Positions 21,212 through 33,300 of a stretch of DNA of 64,000 bases are shown in pieces. The notes beneath the pieces are model-generated. The model was not told the origin of the DNA. It saw nothing but the letters and a program-made list of their open reading frames with translations, and did not search any database. The stretch's first letter is position 1, and each line of letters begins with the position of its first letter. The translations under genes were made by a program, and so were the position numbers. The DNA is from a virus. Its lineage: Duplodnaviria; Caudoviricetes. The DNA is taken from IMG/VR virus record IMGVR_UViG_3300026270_000004, positions 1 to 64,000 of that record; one strand, 5' to 3'.

Positions 21212-22693
21212 CTAGACTACCGTTAAGTTTCCTACCATTGCTGGATGCATTGTGCACTGATAAACATATGTTGTACCAGGTGCGAGATCCATTGGGACTG
21301 TCCAATACTGGACTCCTTCTTGGTCTCCTGTTACTCCTTCAGTCACTGCTGTACCACCTGCTGTCTGTCTGAGAGCAAGAGGGTGTGCTGCTGTTGTAGT
21401 ATTATTCAACCTGTATGTGAATCCTCTATAGACATATATTGTTGGGTTGTCTGTAGAAGGATCGACACCACCACCTGCTACTCTGTAGATGCTACTGCTA
21501 GGTCCAGTGAAATTAAATCCTATAGTAGGTGATACTGTGGCATCCCAAGAGGTACCATTGTAAATAAGGTTTCTATTCTCCTGTGCTGTATTACCTAGGT
21601 AAACATCTGCGTTAACCGTTACTGTGTTTGAAGTTACAGCAGTTGTTACACCCTGGCCACCAGCGATGTTAAGAGAAGAAGTTGCGAGGGCAGCAGTTGT
21701 GGTACCATTGTCTCCTGTGACTGTCCTATACGTTACTTGCTCTACGTTAGGCGAGTCATTTGTAATTGTGAGATTATCTCCATTGACAGCAGTACTAATA
21801 CCAGTCCCACCGAGAATGTTAATAGTAGCAGTTGTGCTACTGGCGGTTTTGTTTCCTGAGTCACTTCCTATTACTCCATAAGCATTCTGGTTTGCATCTC
21901 CCAATGCACCAGACATATTAATTGTTAAGGTGTCTCCTGCGATTGCAGTCGTGATATTAGTGCCGCCCGCAACTGTAAGGACATCAGTAGGAGCACTAGC
22001 AGTAGTACTGCCAGTGTCAGCAGCGATTCCTTCAAATAGATTTTGAGTGGTGCCACCACCTCCTCCACCTGAAGAATCATCGTTTGCAGGCTCCCATGCA
22101 CTGTTTGAAGCATTCCACTTAATAACTTGACCATCACTAGGACCTCCTCCCACTGTCATATCTACGTCACCAAGATCACCAAGACTGTGATCCTCACCTA
22201 TAATCTTCTTCCAACCACTACTAGTAGCATATCTCGCTGCTCCATCACCAGATACATATGCAAACATACCGTGATGAGTAACAGCATCAGGGAGATCACC
22301 AGTTGTAGGGAAGTGATTACTATATTTTAATTTACCATCAGCACCATCAATGTATGTTAAAGCAGATCCTGTGCCACCAGCCCAGAGATGAATGTCTCCA
22401 CTGCCATTTGGTTGGACTACTATATCACCATTGTTTACTGATACAATTTTATGACCACCAACGTCCACATCTTCTGTAAACTTATTAAATGACCCCTCAG
22501 CAAACTGAGCACCATTCCATTTAAGTAATTGGTCTTGTGAAGGAGTGCCTACATTAATCTGTAGATTGGTATCGTTACCGAGATTGGTATACAACTCATC
22601 GATGACGCTATTCAATTTGATAGCACCATCTCTCAGACTGTCACCAGTCCCATCGTTTGCCGACGATCCAATATTGAGGGTTTGCTTTGCCAT
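21212..22693 (-). CDS. gp9/gp10-like baseplate-to-fiber connector with C-terminal cupredoxin-like domain
   Basis: The N-terminus KQTLNIGSSANDGTGDSLRDGAIKLN is the T4 gp9/gp10 N-terminal motif. The C-terminus has HP...YVYQCTMHPAMVG. Confidence 0.78.
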   Translation of the reverse strand: MAKQTLNIGSSANDGTGDSLRDGAIKLNSVIDELYTNLGNDTNLQINVGTPSQDQLLKWNGAQFAEGSFNKFTEDVDVGGHKIVSVNNGDIVVQPNGSGDIHLWAGGTGSALTYIDGADGKLKYSNHFPTTGDLPDAVTHHGMFAYVSGDGAARYATSSGWKKIIGEDHSLGDLGDVDMTVGGGPSDGQVIKWNASNSAWEPANDDSSGGGGGGTTQNLFEGIAADTGSTTASAPTDVLTVAGGTNITTAIAGDTLTINMSGALGDANQNAYGVIGSDSGNKTASSTTATINILGGTGISTAVNGDNLTITNDSPNVEQVTYRTVTGDNGTTTAALATSSLNIAGGQGVTTAVTSNTVTVNADVYLGNTAQENRNLIYNGTSWDATVSPTIGFNFTGPSSSIYRVAGGGVDPSTDNPTIYVYRGFTYRLNNTTTAAHPLALRQTAGGTAVTEGVTGDQEGVQYWTVPMDLAPGTTYVYQCTMHPAMVGNLTVV

Positions 22694-22713
22694 GATAGTA
22701 GTCTTTACAGTGT

Positions 22714-22720
22714 TATTTAG
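22714..22720 (-). promoter_or_regulatory. Late promoter variant CTAAATA
   Basis: tatttag on the + strand about 20 nt upstream of the gp9-like start. The same variant occurs at 24321 and 55544. Confidence 0.5.
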
Positions 22721-24309
22721 GTGCCATCGTAAGTTTGTAATGTAGAGTCGAGAGTAGATGAGGTGCTATCGAATCTATTATTTGTGCTTCCACCGTCTCC
22801 TTGACCAGCAACTGTCAATGTTACTGCGTTAGAATCTAGTGGTGAGTTACCTGCTGCTACAGGTGCACCCACAGGTCCAGCGATCCTACAACGGAATTTG
22901 TAACCAGTCATATATGAGAGTGCAGTAACTGAGTATGTGTCAGTTGTTGCACCAGTTATAGCAGCGAATGCGAATCCACCATCAGTAGATCTATACCACT
23001 GATATGCCACAGGTCCGTCTTCTGGTAATACCTCTTTCTGAACTGTGAATGTAGCAGTCTGACCAGCATTCACTGTTGCATTCTGTGGTTGTAAGGTAAA
23101 TGTTAGGGTTGGTACCACTCCACCGCCACCAGCACCACCGCCACCAGCAGGAGGAGCCTCAACAGTGAACGTGGTGTCTATAGTTTCTCTAGTCTTTAAT
23201 CCAATAATGAATGGAAACTTAGTAAGATCTGTGTTAGTTTCATCTACTGTCAGGAAATATGCATATGTGCCATCCTGATACTCAGGTGTAATAGCAAATC
23301 TACCATTATGAAGGTCTAGATCACCAGTCCCTTCGACATATTCATAGTCCTCCATAAGAGTACCAGCTGGAGGATTATCACTTGTGTTACCATAATCAGG
23401 TCTTCCTGCTGCTTCTGTGTCTTTTACAGCATAACCTGTCCTCATTGTCCTAGTACCACTCAAATTATCGAATGGTACGTCATATCCATAAGGTCCATAG
23501 ATGGGAAATCCATCAAATGCTATACCAATTATCTTAGAATGACCGTCTGGGTGACGAATATTGTCTCCATTATACTGAGTACCACCATAATAATCGTTAT
23601 ATGATGCCATAGATGACCCTGCTTTCCAACAATCTAGGAAATGTGGGTCATGATAGTGGTAAATTCCACTCTGTTCTGGGTGTCCACCACAATTATCCTC
23701 TCCAGAGTTAACAAAAGTCAGATCACCAGCAGCAACCCAACTAAAACCTGATGGTGGATTGAGTCCAGCACCAGCAGAAGGGTTAAAAATAGCAACTCCA
23801 TTACCAGAAATGCCAATTTGACCTAGAGGAGTGTCACCTCTTCCATTTCTTTGGTCAAAATACTCCATTGTACCGCTAACAGGAGTAATTGCTTGGTCTG
23901 CTACAATGAAATCTAGTGTAGTATCAGTAGATAACCAACATTCACCATCAATTGAAGTAAATGTTGTGCTTCTAAAGATGAATTTTTGCTTTAATCCATC
24001 ACTAAAAACAACCATTATCTCATCACTATCCCTAATGTTAGGGGTTGGACCAGTAAAAAGAGTTAAGTCGTTTGCTGAGATTGTTGCTCTTCTAACAAAT
24101 CCGTCATGCGTATATCCATTATTATCAAATGTGCGAGCAATTCCAAATGTTCCTCCACGGTATAGGAAATCATGATCCCAGTCCTTCTCCTGAATAGTAT
24201 TAGGGTTATTATCGTTAGGAAACGCACCAGGAACCACAGGAGCAGGGAGGGCATCCGATGCTACTGTGATTATATTGGTTGCGTTATTATAGGAAGCGGT
24301 TGCTGCCAT
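22717..24309 (-). CDS. YHYH-domain protein with C-terminal Ig-like domain (530 aa)
   Basis: GIYHYHDP, HSKIIGIAFDGFPIYGPYG and GDLDLHNGR...GTYAYF motifs. The C-terminal QPQNATVNAGQTATFTV...YQWYRS...YKFRC is Ig-like. Confidence 0.85.
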   Translation of the reverse strand: MAATASYNNATNIITVASDALPAPVVPGAFPNDNNPNTIQEKDWDHDFLYRGGTFGIARTFDNNGYTHDGFVRRATISANDLTLFTGPTPNIRDSDEIMVVFSDGLKQKFIFRSTTFTSIDGECWLSTDTTLDFIVADQAITPVSGTMEYFDQRNGRGDTPLGQIGISGNGVAIFNPSAGAGLNPPSGFSWVAAGDLTFVNSGEDNCGGHPEQSGIYHYHDPHFLDCWKAGSSMASYNDYYGGTQYNGDNIRHPDGHSKIIGIAFDGFPIYGPYGYDVPFDNLSGTRTMRTGYAVKDTEAAGRPDYGNTSDNPPAGTLMEDYEYVEGTGDLDLHNGRFAITPEYQDGTYAYFLTVDETNTDLTKFPFIIGLKTRETIDTTFTVEAPPAGGGGAGGGGVVPTLTFTLQPQNATVNAGQTATFTVQKEVLPEDGPVAYQWYRSTDGGFAFAAITGATTDTYSVTALSYMTGYKFRCRIAGPVGAPVAAGNSPLDSNAVTLTVAGQGDGGSTNNRFDSTSSTLDSTLQTYDGT

Positions 24310-24320
24310 CGTTTTACTTT

Positions 24321-24327
24321 TATTTAG
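24321..24327 (-). promoter_or_regulatory. Late promoter variant CTAAATA
   Basis: tatttag overlapping the gp7 stop, upstream of the YHYH gene. Confidence 0.45.
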
Positions 24328-27300
24328 ATGTCGTCAAAGATCAGATCAGGTGTAAATCCTGTGATTACAGTAGCACCTGTCTGGACGCTAAGGATAGCGG
24401 ATAGTGAGTAAACTGGAGTTGCACCAGCAGCAGTGATTGCGACTCTGTATTCGTCACCATCGTCTGCCTGTTGTGCTGGATTTGTGTTGTATGTTGCTTG
24501 GTTAGCACCAATGATGTTGCTCCAAGTCTGTGTGCCATACTCCTTCTTCTGCCACTGATAATTCATTGTCTGACTGTTAGTTACAGTAGAGACAACTGTG
24601 AATGCAGCAGTCTGACCTTGGTTAACAGTTACGTTAACTGGGTCTGTAGTGATTGCGATTGTGCCAGGAGTAATTCCTCCACCGCCACCAGCTTCACCAC
24701 TAGGACCTTCGCCAGCGAGTACGTCAAATCCACCGTTAATTGGACCACCGACAGGAGGTGTAAAGTCATCTGGGACTACGTTATCGATTGCGACAGCAGG
24801 TGCAGCATAACCAACACCAGATGTCTTAACGTCAATACGTGTGATACCCATCAATGCTTTTAACTTACCATCAAATCCAGAGGATGAAATAACATCCACG
24901 TTAGGACGGTCAGTGTAACCATCACCAGGATTGGTTAGTACTGCGTTAGTGATTTGACCAGAGGTAATCTCTGAGATAGCATCAGCATTTCTACCCTTAA
25001 CTGATCCAGTATATTCAAATGTGATCAGTGAGTTGGAAGATTCAATTAGAGCAACTTCTCTTGAGAATTCCTCACCTTCGATGTCTAGTTTGTCACCAGC
25101 TTCGATTGGTGGGACAACAGTTGCTGCGATAACGTCTGCGTCAGATCCAATGTATGAGAAACCAACGAAGGTTGATCCCGCACGTGGGACTTCAGCGAAG
25201 ATGATACGTGAACCAACGATCTCGTATGCGACTCCAGGTTCCTGAATGATACCGTTAAGTGAAACGATAATGTTATTCTCAGGACGTATAGTGTTAGAAG
25301 AAACACCTTCAGTTAGTGTCAAGGAGTAGAATAGTCCACCACGCTTGAGGTTGAAGGAAGATCTCAATGAGTCAAACTCGAAGGAGATATCATCTAACTG
25401 ACGTAACTTACCAACGTAGTATCCGATGAATTCAGATCCAATTTCAGGTGGCTCAGCGAATTGTATCTTGTCAGAGAATGCAACGTAAGAAGCATTACCA
25501 CCAGGAGGTTGTAAGATACCATTAACGAATGCGAGTAAGTGACCAGCAGGATCTGGGAAGTATGCCTCACCGTTAGAAACGGTTAAGTCAAATATTGTTT
25601 GCTCACCATCAAATCCTCTGAAGAAACGATCAACTCTACCTTCAAGTGTGCGAGCAGAAGAAATACCTGCACCCCAACCGAAGTCAGACTTGAGTGACAT
25701 ATTATCAAGGAATGTGCCACTAGCAGATTGTACCCAGATGGTAGCAGTAATACCTGCTTGCTCTATAGCAACTACCTGTGCGTAAGATTGATAGTCAGTA
25801 GCAGTGTAACTAGCAACACCAGCATATATGGTTGGGAAGTTAGATCCCAATTCTATCTTACCGATATTGTTACCAGCTTGTGTTAGATCAGTTAGAGGAG
25901 CACCAAGACCCACGTTATTAATATTAGCAATCCAGAGTTTGTGGATTCCATTATCAGGGTCATTAACATACTTGGTTACTACAGCAGTGAATCCAGGATT
26001 CTTCTGGACTGTACCTTGTAGGAGTGAAACTTCATCACCAACATTAAATGTATCTGAGATACCAGTGTCAATGATTGCCACACCTAGATTTAATTCTAAG
26101 GTTTGGACACCATGTATCCACTGATTAAGTTGAAGTTGTGTACCACTAATACCCTTAATGTCTAAGATGTAATCAGTAACACTACCGTAGATAATATCAC
26201 CAGGTGTCCATGGTTCCTCAAGTGTTTCTACATCAATTGCGATTCTACCACCTTCATTGCTTACCAAGGATCCAGACTTACTTGTGTAGTTGTCCATGAA
26301 TCCTTCAATAGATCCAACTTTACTGAAGAACCAATCACCTGTAGCGAATGCTCCTTTCTTAACGTTGATTAAGAATCTATCAGATGGAGCACCAACTGTA
26401 TGAACTGCACCACTATCAACACCCTCTAAGATATCACCGTCTGATATAGTACCAGCGATAGTATGGAGTTTAATGAATGATGTGCCATTCTCAGAATTAG
26501 GTTTCAACATCTGTAATACAGATCCATTATTAGAAGTACTATTCTGGACTTGTGCTGACTCTCCATTTATAAACTGATCGTATGTACCTGGAGTTGTCTG
26601 TGCAGCAACTGTTGGGAAGTGAGTAAAGAGTTTATAAATTAAACCTTCGTTTGCATTGATAGTGCCGATCTCAGCGTAAGCATTTGATGTGCTACCAAAC
26701 ACAACATCAGCAGCATTGAATCCACCTTGTATTGGACATTCTGAAGGATCAGATGGGAATGTAGCAGCAACCCTAGGTACTCCAGATCTTCTTGTGACTG
26801 CCATTATCTGAGATCCAGCATTAGACTTATCAACTTGTAGAAGTCTGAATCTACCATCATGAATATAAGAAGCACCAATCTCAAACCAGTCAGCAGTACC
26901 AGTCAACACATAGAAGTATGGTTGCTTAGTAAGACCAGTTAGTGAATTCTCAGATGCTGGAATGTAAGTTAATACATCACCACGTCTGAAGTTATTAGGA
27001 CGCTCAATTCTAATTCTATACTCAGCACGATCATAACCTACGTTAATTTCTGGAGTTAGACTTACTAGATCAGGATCAGTATTATAATCAATACCCATCT
27101 CATAATTAGTAACTCTGTTTGTGCAATCTGTAGATGCTACAAATGTTACTCTTGCTTCAGTTGGGAATTGTGACATCTCCAAAGCATACTCAATTGGGTT
27201 GAGTGAAGAGTCAATCATAAACTCAGCAGCTTCTTGATTCCACTCAAGTTTTTGTGGAGACTCAATTGTATAAACATCATATGGACTCCATCCAGATTCA

Positions 27301-30300
27301 TTGAAGTCATACAATACACTCTTAGTATATTCACGAACTCTTGCAAGACAGAATAGGAGATGAGTCCTTGTTACATCCTGATATGCAATGAAGTTACCTT
27401 CACCATCAAACCAGTCTTGTGTCATTCTGAATGCACCAGCATTACCCTCAGTAACTAAGTCATATCTTATTGCTTTAACACAATCATTAGCAAAGTCAAT
27501 AGTTAAGTTAGTATTTGGATAGTTGATCTGAGTCTCAGCGAATGCTCTACCAGCAATTGCTTGCTTATTGAAGAGAATCATATTAGAAATTCTCTTACTG
27601 TTATTGGTTCCATTACCGAGTGCATCGGTAAACAATTCCATCAATGTATCAAGTGCTGATGTTACGTTATAGCAAGTACCTGACTGGAAGTCAGCATTGC
27701 TATTGTATGGGAATGTCTTGGTTACAGTAGACAAGAAATTAGTCTGGACATTTGCTGCCTTATCGATTGTCTCGATAAAGATATCAGCTAATGTGTTAAT
27801 AGCAGATGCAGTTTCTTGACATGTCTGATTCCATGAACCAGCATTACCTTGACCACCATTTACAGTGTCATAAGTAACAGTCTTATCTCTGATTACAACG
27901 TCAGGAGTATACTTGACGGGCCAAACGATTGGTAGTGTGTAAGATCTACCAGCAACATTATTAGGATTGCTAATAGCATCTGATACTAGTGCCATTAGAG
28001 TACCAATTTCACTCTCTACACCAGAACCTTCGTTACCTGTATAATCCTCTGAGACTCTACGTGCACGATAGTAATCTAAATCTGTCCTCAATGGATATGC
28101 ATAAGACAATACAGATTGGACAGGTAAGATCTTACCGTCAGCATAATCTGTCACACGAGGATATGTGTGGTTAGTAGCATTCTGGTCTTGACTACATGTG
28201 AATGTTAATCCATTAGTGTCAATCGTGATAGCATCATCTGTGCGTAATGAGTGATTAGCAACAGTCAATGTTAGTTGACCTGTAGTAGGCTCATAGTATG
28301 CATCTGTTGGTGTTAATGTTGTGCCATCGTTAGTATTAGTAATACAGTTAGATGCAGCAGATACGAAGTTATGCTTATAGTTACCACCCTGTATAATACA
28401 TCCTTTGTTTGCACTTACGAATGTATGCTGATATGTCTTACCAGCTGGTGATACACCTACGTTAATTCTTATCTTACCATCTTGTATTCTAATTCCTTTT
28501 TCAATACATGATTTGAATACATGATTTCCTAGGAATGTTGATGGGACACCTTTAAGTACTTGGACATCAAATTGAGTTGTAGTTACATTAGATACTGCCA
28601 ACCATTCATTACTTGCATGATCTGTAGGTCTTGGATATAGGTGAGTAGATCCATAAGCATCTAGATCACAATCAAATCCTAAAGCATAATCTTGGATGTA
28701 AATGTAATCATTTGCTTTCCATATACCATTAGTCTTAGCAGATACAAATGAGTGTTGATAATTACCACCACCTATAACAGCACCAGGTAATGCACTGACA
28801 AATGTATGATCGTATAGATCAGCAGTAGCAGCGATATTTACATCAACTGTAATCTTACCACTCTGTCTGTGTAAGGTGTTATTCTTAAAGTATTCAAATG
28901 TATGAGTGTGGTTACCACCAGCAGTGATAGCATTATTTGTAGCAGAAGCAAATCTGTGTGTATGGTTACCAGCAACAGTAGATCCTACATTAACAGTAAT
29001 TGTAGAATTCTTCTTCTCTAATCCATCAGTAACAGCACTTACGAATGTGTGTGCGTAATCACCATTACCTCTAATTGTTCCTCTGATAATTGCACCAGTT
29101 TCAATTCTCTCAATTTGATGAGTTGTAGTGTTAGAAGAAACACCAACATTAACTGTATATGTGTTTGCATCTACAACAGTAAGAGTTAACCAATCACCAG
29201 ATGCAGGGTCTTGTGCTCTAGGATAAGCATGCTCAGTTGCAAAACTATCTTCCTGACACTTGAATACAAAACTCTCATTAACTATCTGAATCTTGTCACC
29301 ATTTGAGAATGGGTGAGCACTGTGAGTAATTGTTAATACACCTGTTCCTGGGACATAAGATGCTGTTGATGGAGTGAATGCATTTTCAGATCTTACAAAT
29401 TGGTGAAGTGTTGTGTTACTTGATTTACCAACATGGACTGTGATTGTATCAGCAGTAGCAGCAAGAATAGGTACTGAAGTATTATAGAATGGGTCAGTAG
29501 ATCTTGGATAAGCATGCTCACTACCGAAGCTGTCAGCATTACACTTGAATACTAGTGACTCTTCCTCAATGTAAACTGCTTCATGTGCAAACTTAAGACC
29601 GTTAGTAACAGCACTTACGAATGTATGAGGTGAAGTAACAGACTGAGGAGCAGATGCTAATACCATTACATCGAATGTATCTTCAGTGATGTTGTATACC
29701 TCTAACCACCTATCACTTGGGTAATCAGTAGCACGTGGGTATGTATGGTTATCAGTAGGATTATCAGCATTAGCAATACCAACGTTAACTGTAATTGTAG
29801 TAGCAGTTGGATTCAACACTGCGAGTGCTGTGCCAGATGCAGGGTCAGTAGCACGTGGATATGGATGGTTACTTCCATTATTATCAGCATCACAAGTGAA
29901 GGTAACACCACCATTAGCAATGGTAACTGTATCAGCAGTTGTTAAACTATGTGATCCAATTTCCAATACCAACTCACCTGTATTAGGATTATAAGTTGTG
30001 CCAGCAGCAGCTGTGTATGTTGTAGTGCCATCGTTAATAGCATTGTTAGTGCCACTTACGAAACTGTGAGTACCAGTAGATGCAGAGCAGTTGAAGGTTA
30101 TAGAGTTATCGTCAAACTTAACTCTGTCTCCAATCTTCATTCCATGAGAAGGAACTGTTGCTGTTAATACACCAGTTGTAGGATTATAAGCAGCATCAGT
30201 AATTGTAGTTGCACCACCACCCTTGTAGTTGTGTGGTCCAATGGTGAGCACCATATCACCTGTAGTAGGTTCAAATGTTGCATCAGAAACTAGGTAGTTA

Positions 30301-33300
30301 GCACGAGGTGTTGATCCTACATTAACATCAAATGTGTTACCAGAAACATTAGAAACTTCTAACCATTTCTCTGAAGCATAATCTGTAGGTCTTGGATAAG
30401 AATGATTAGTTGCATTGTTATCCATTGCACAGGTCATTACTAGAGAATGATCAGCGATTCTAATATGGTCACCATTAGCAAATGGGTTGTTAGCAACTGT
30501 TAGTTGTAAGTTACCAGTAGTAGGATTGTATGTAGCACCAGTTGCTGAGTACTTAGCATGACCAACTGCCTTAATTTCGATAGCATGATCATGTGCTCTA
30601 TCTCTCTTCGCCTTAAGTCCGTTAGAAGCGAATGATTGGAAACTGTGTGTGAATGATCCACCAGATCTGATTGATCCTCTCTTAATAGCACCAGTCTTTG
30701 CTCTCTTAAATGTATGAGTAGATGTGTTAGTAGAAGGAATAGTATCTAATACTTGGACTCTAAATGTGTCAGTAGTTACGTTAGAAATTGTTAACCACTT
30801 ACCACTTGCAGGATCACTAGATCTTGGATAGTTGTGCTCAGTAGCATGATCATCCTTACCACATGTGAATACTAATGAGTTATCAGCAAACATGATTTGC
30901 TCACCATCACTCATTCCATGATTAGCAACAGTAACAGTCATAAGACCAGTACCACCACTATATGAAATTGCAGTTGGTGTTACACCGACGGCAGGTTTGA
31001 ATACGTGAGTTGTAGTGTTAGAAGATACACCAACGTTAACAGTAATGGTACTATCATCAACAGCAGTTACAGCAACAGCATCTTGATATGCTGGGTCGTC
31101 ACCAGATGCACCACTCTCTCCATTTGCACGAGGATAGAAGTGATCAGTCTGATAGTTATCTAATGCACAAGTAAAGCAGAATGCTTTATGGTTAATGTAT
31201 ACACTGTGAGCAGTTGTAATACCGTGGTCAGGACCAACAGTGATTACCATTACACCTGTATTAGGATTGTAATCTACATTCTGAGGATCGTAACTTACAA
31301 ACTCAGATTTACCAACGAAGATCTTGTATGTGTTAGCATCGATATACTCGATAGGCTTCCACTTACCACTAATAGGATCAGTAGATCTAGGATAAGTCTT
31401 GTTAGTGGTACTTCCGTCCATTGTGCAACGCAAGGTTATTGCATTGTCATCAATCTTAACAAGAGATCCTTCATCTAATCCATGAGCATTAGAAGTAATT
31501 GTTAAGTAACCTGTTACTCCATCAAATACAGCATTTGTAGGAGTGAAGTTATCGATTGTAGTCCTTGGATATGCATGAGTAGATCCATAGTTATCCTGAC
31601 TACATTCCATTGTGATACCACCGTCAGCAATCTGAATGCTCTGACCAACCTTAAGTGGGTGAGTGCCAATCTCAATCTCTAAATGTCCTGTTGTTGGCTC
31701 GTAAGATGCATCAACAGGTGTGTATTGGACAGCAGCAGTTGTGCCTACTTCAACATCAAAACCATCTGTAGATACGTTAGAAATTTGTACCCACTTACCA
31801 CTGATAGGATCTGTGCCTCTAGGATATGCATGACTGCTAGAATCATTATCCATATCACATGACATGGAGAATGCATAATCTTCAATCTTAATGTAGTCTC
31901 CATTTGAGAATCCATGCTTGGATACTGTTAGTGATAAAACACCAGTTGATGGTACGTAACTAGCAGCAGTTGGAGTATGTCTTGTAACACCGTCATCAAT
32001 AATTCTTAGAGACTCATTGTATGCAGGATCAGATGTTCTAGGATATGCATGGTTAGTAGAATTACCATCCTTAGAGCAAGTGAATGTTAAAGCATTCTCA
32101 GGAAGTTTGATACTGTCATTACCCTTCATTAGAGTAGCAACAGTTATACTTTGTGGTCTAGCAGATACGAATGTATGAGTTGTAGTATTAGAAGAAGGTA
32201 TGTTGAATAAGACTTGAATATCAAATGTATCCTTAGTTACATTCTTAACTATCATCCACTCATCACTATATGGATCTGATGCTCTAGGATATGCATGATT
32301 AGTTTGATTACTATCCTGTGTGCATGTGAATGTTACAAATCCATCATCCACCATAATTCTGCTGCCATTCTTAAGACCATGATTAGCAACAGTCAATGTC
32401 ATAATACCTGTAGAAGGAGTATATGCAGCATTGGTTGGTGTTAGTTTTGCAGGAGCAACAAACTTATGTTTGTAGTCACCACCAGAAGCAACAGTTGCTC
32501 TGGTAATAGCACCAGTAAGAGCACTTACAAATGTGTGAAGAGTCTGGTTAGTTGATGGGACGTTATCAAGTACCATGACATCGAATGTGTCATCAGTTAC
32601 GTTCTTAATAGGAATCCACTTATTGTTTACTGGGTCACTAGATCTAGGATAAGGATGGAGAGTTTGGTTAACATCTTGTAAGCATGTGAATACAAGTGAG
32701 TTAGTGCCAATCTTGATACTCTCATCTTCCATGAATCCATGATTAGGAATTGTGATGGTCATCCAACCTGTTGCTGGATTGTAATTAACAGCAGTTGGAG
32801 TATATGATTCACCAAGTGCATGGAAGGTGTGGTTATATGCACCACCTGCCTTCACACACATACCATTACCACTTACGAAACTGTGAGCAGTTGGATGAGT
32901 AATCTGACCATTACCAATATCTAATGTGATAGTACCAGTCTGTCTGTGTAATGAGTTATTTTCACAAGATACAAATGTATGATCGTAAACATCATTAACA
33001 CCAGATTTACCTACATGGACAGTGAAACTTGTGTTACTTGCATTAGAGATAGGTAACCACTTACCGAATGTAGGATCTGTCCTTCTAGGATATGTGTGGT
33101 TAGTAGCATTCTGATCCTTAGAGCAAGTGAATGTGATTGCATCCTCATCAAACATTACAAAGTCATTTGCTTTCCAAACAGCATCAGTTGCCACAGATTG
33201 AAGCACATGAGTTGTAGTGTTAGAGATAGCACCTTCACCGAAGAAGTTACCAACGTTAACATCAAATGAGTTACTACCAACATTAAATGCCTTCAACCAC

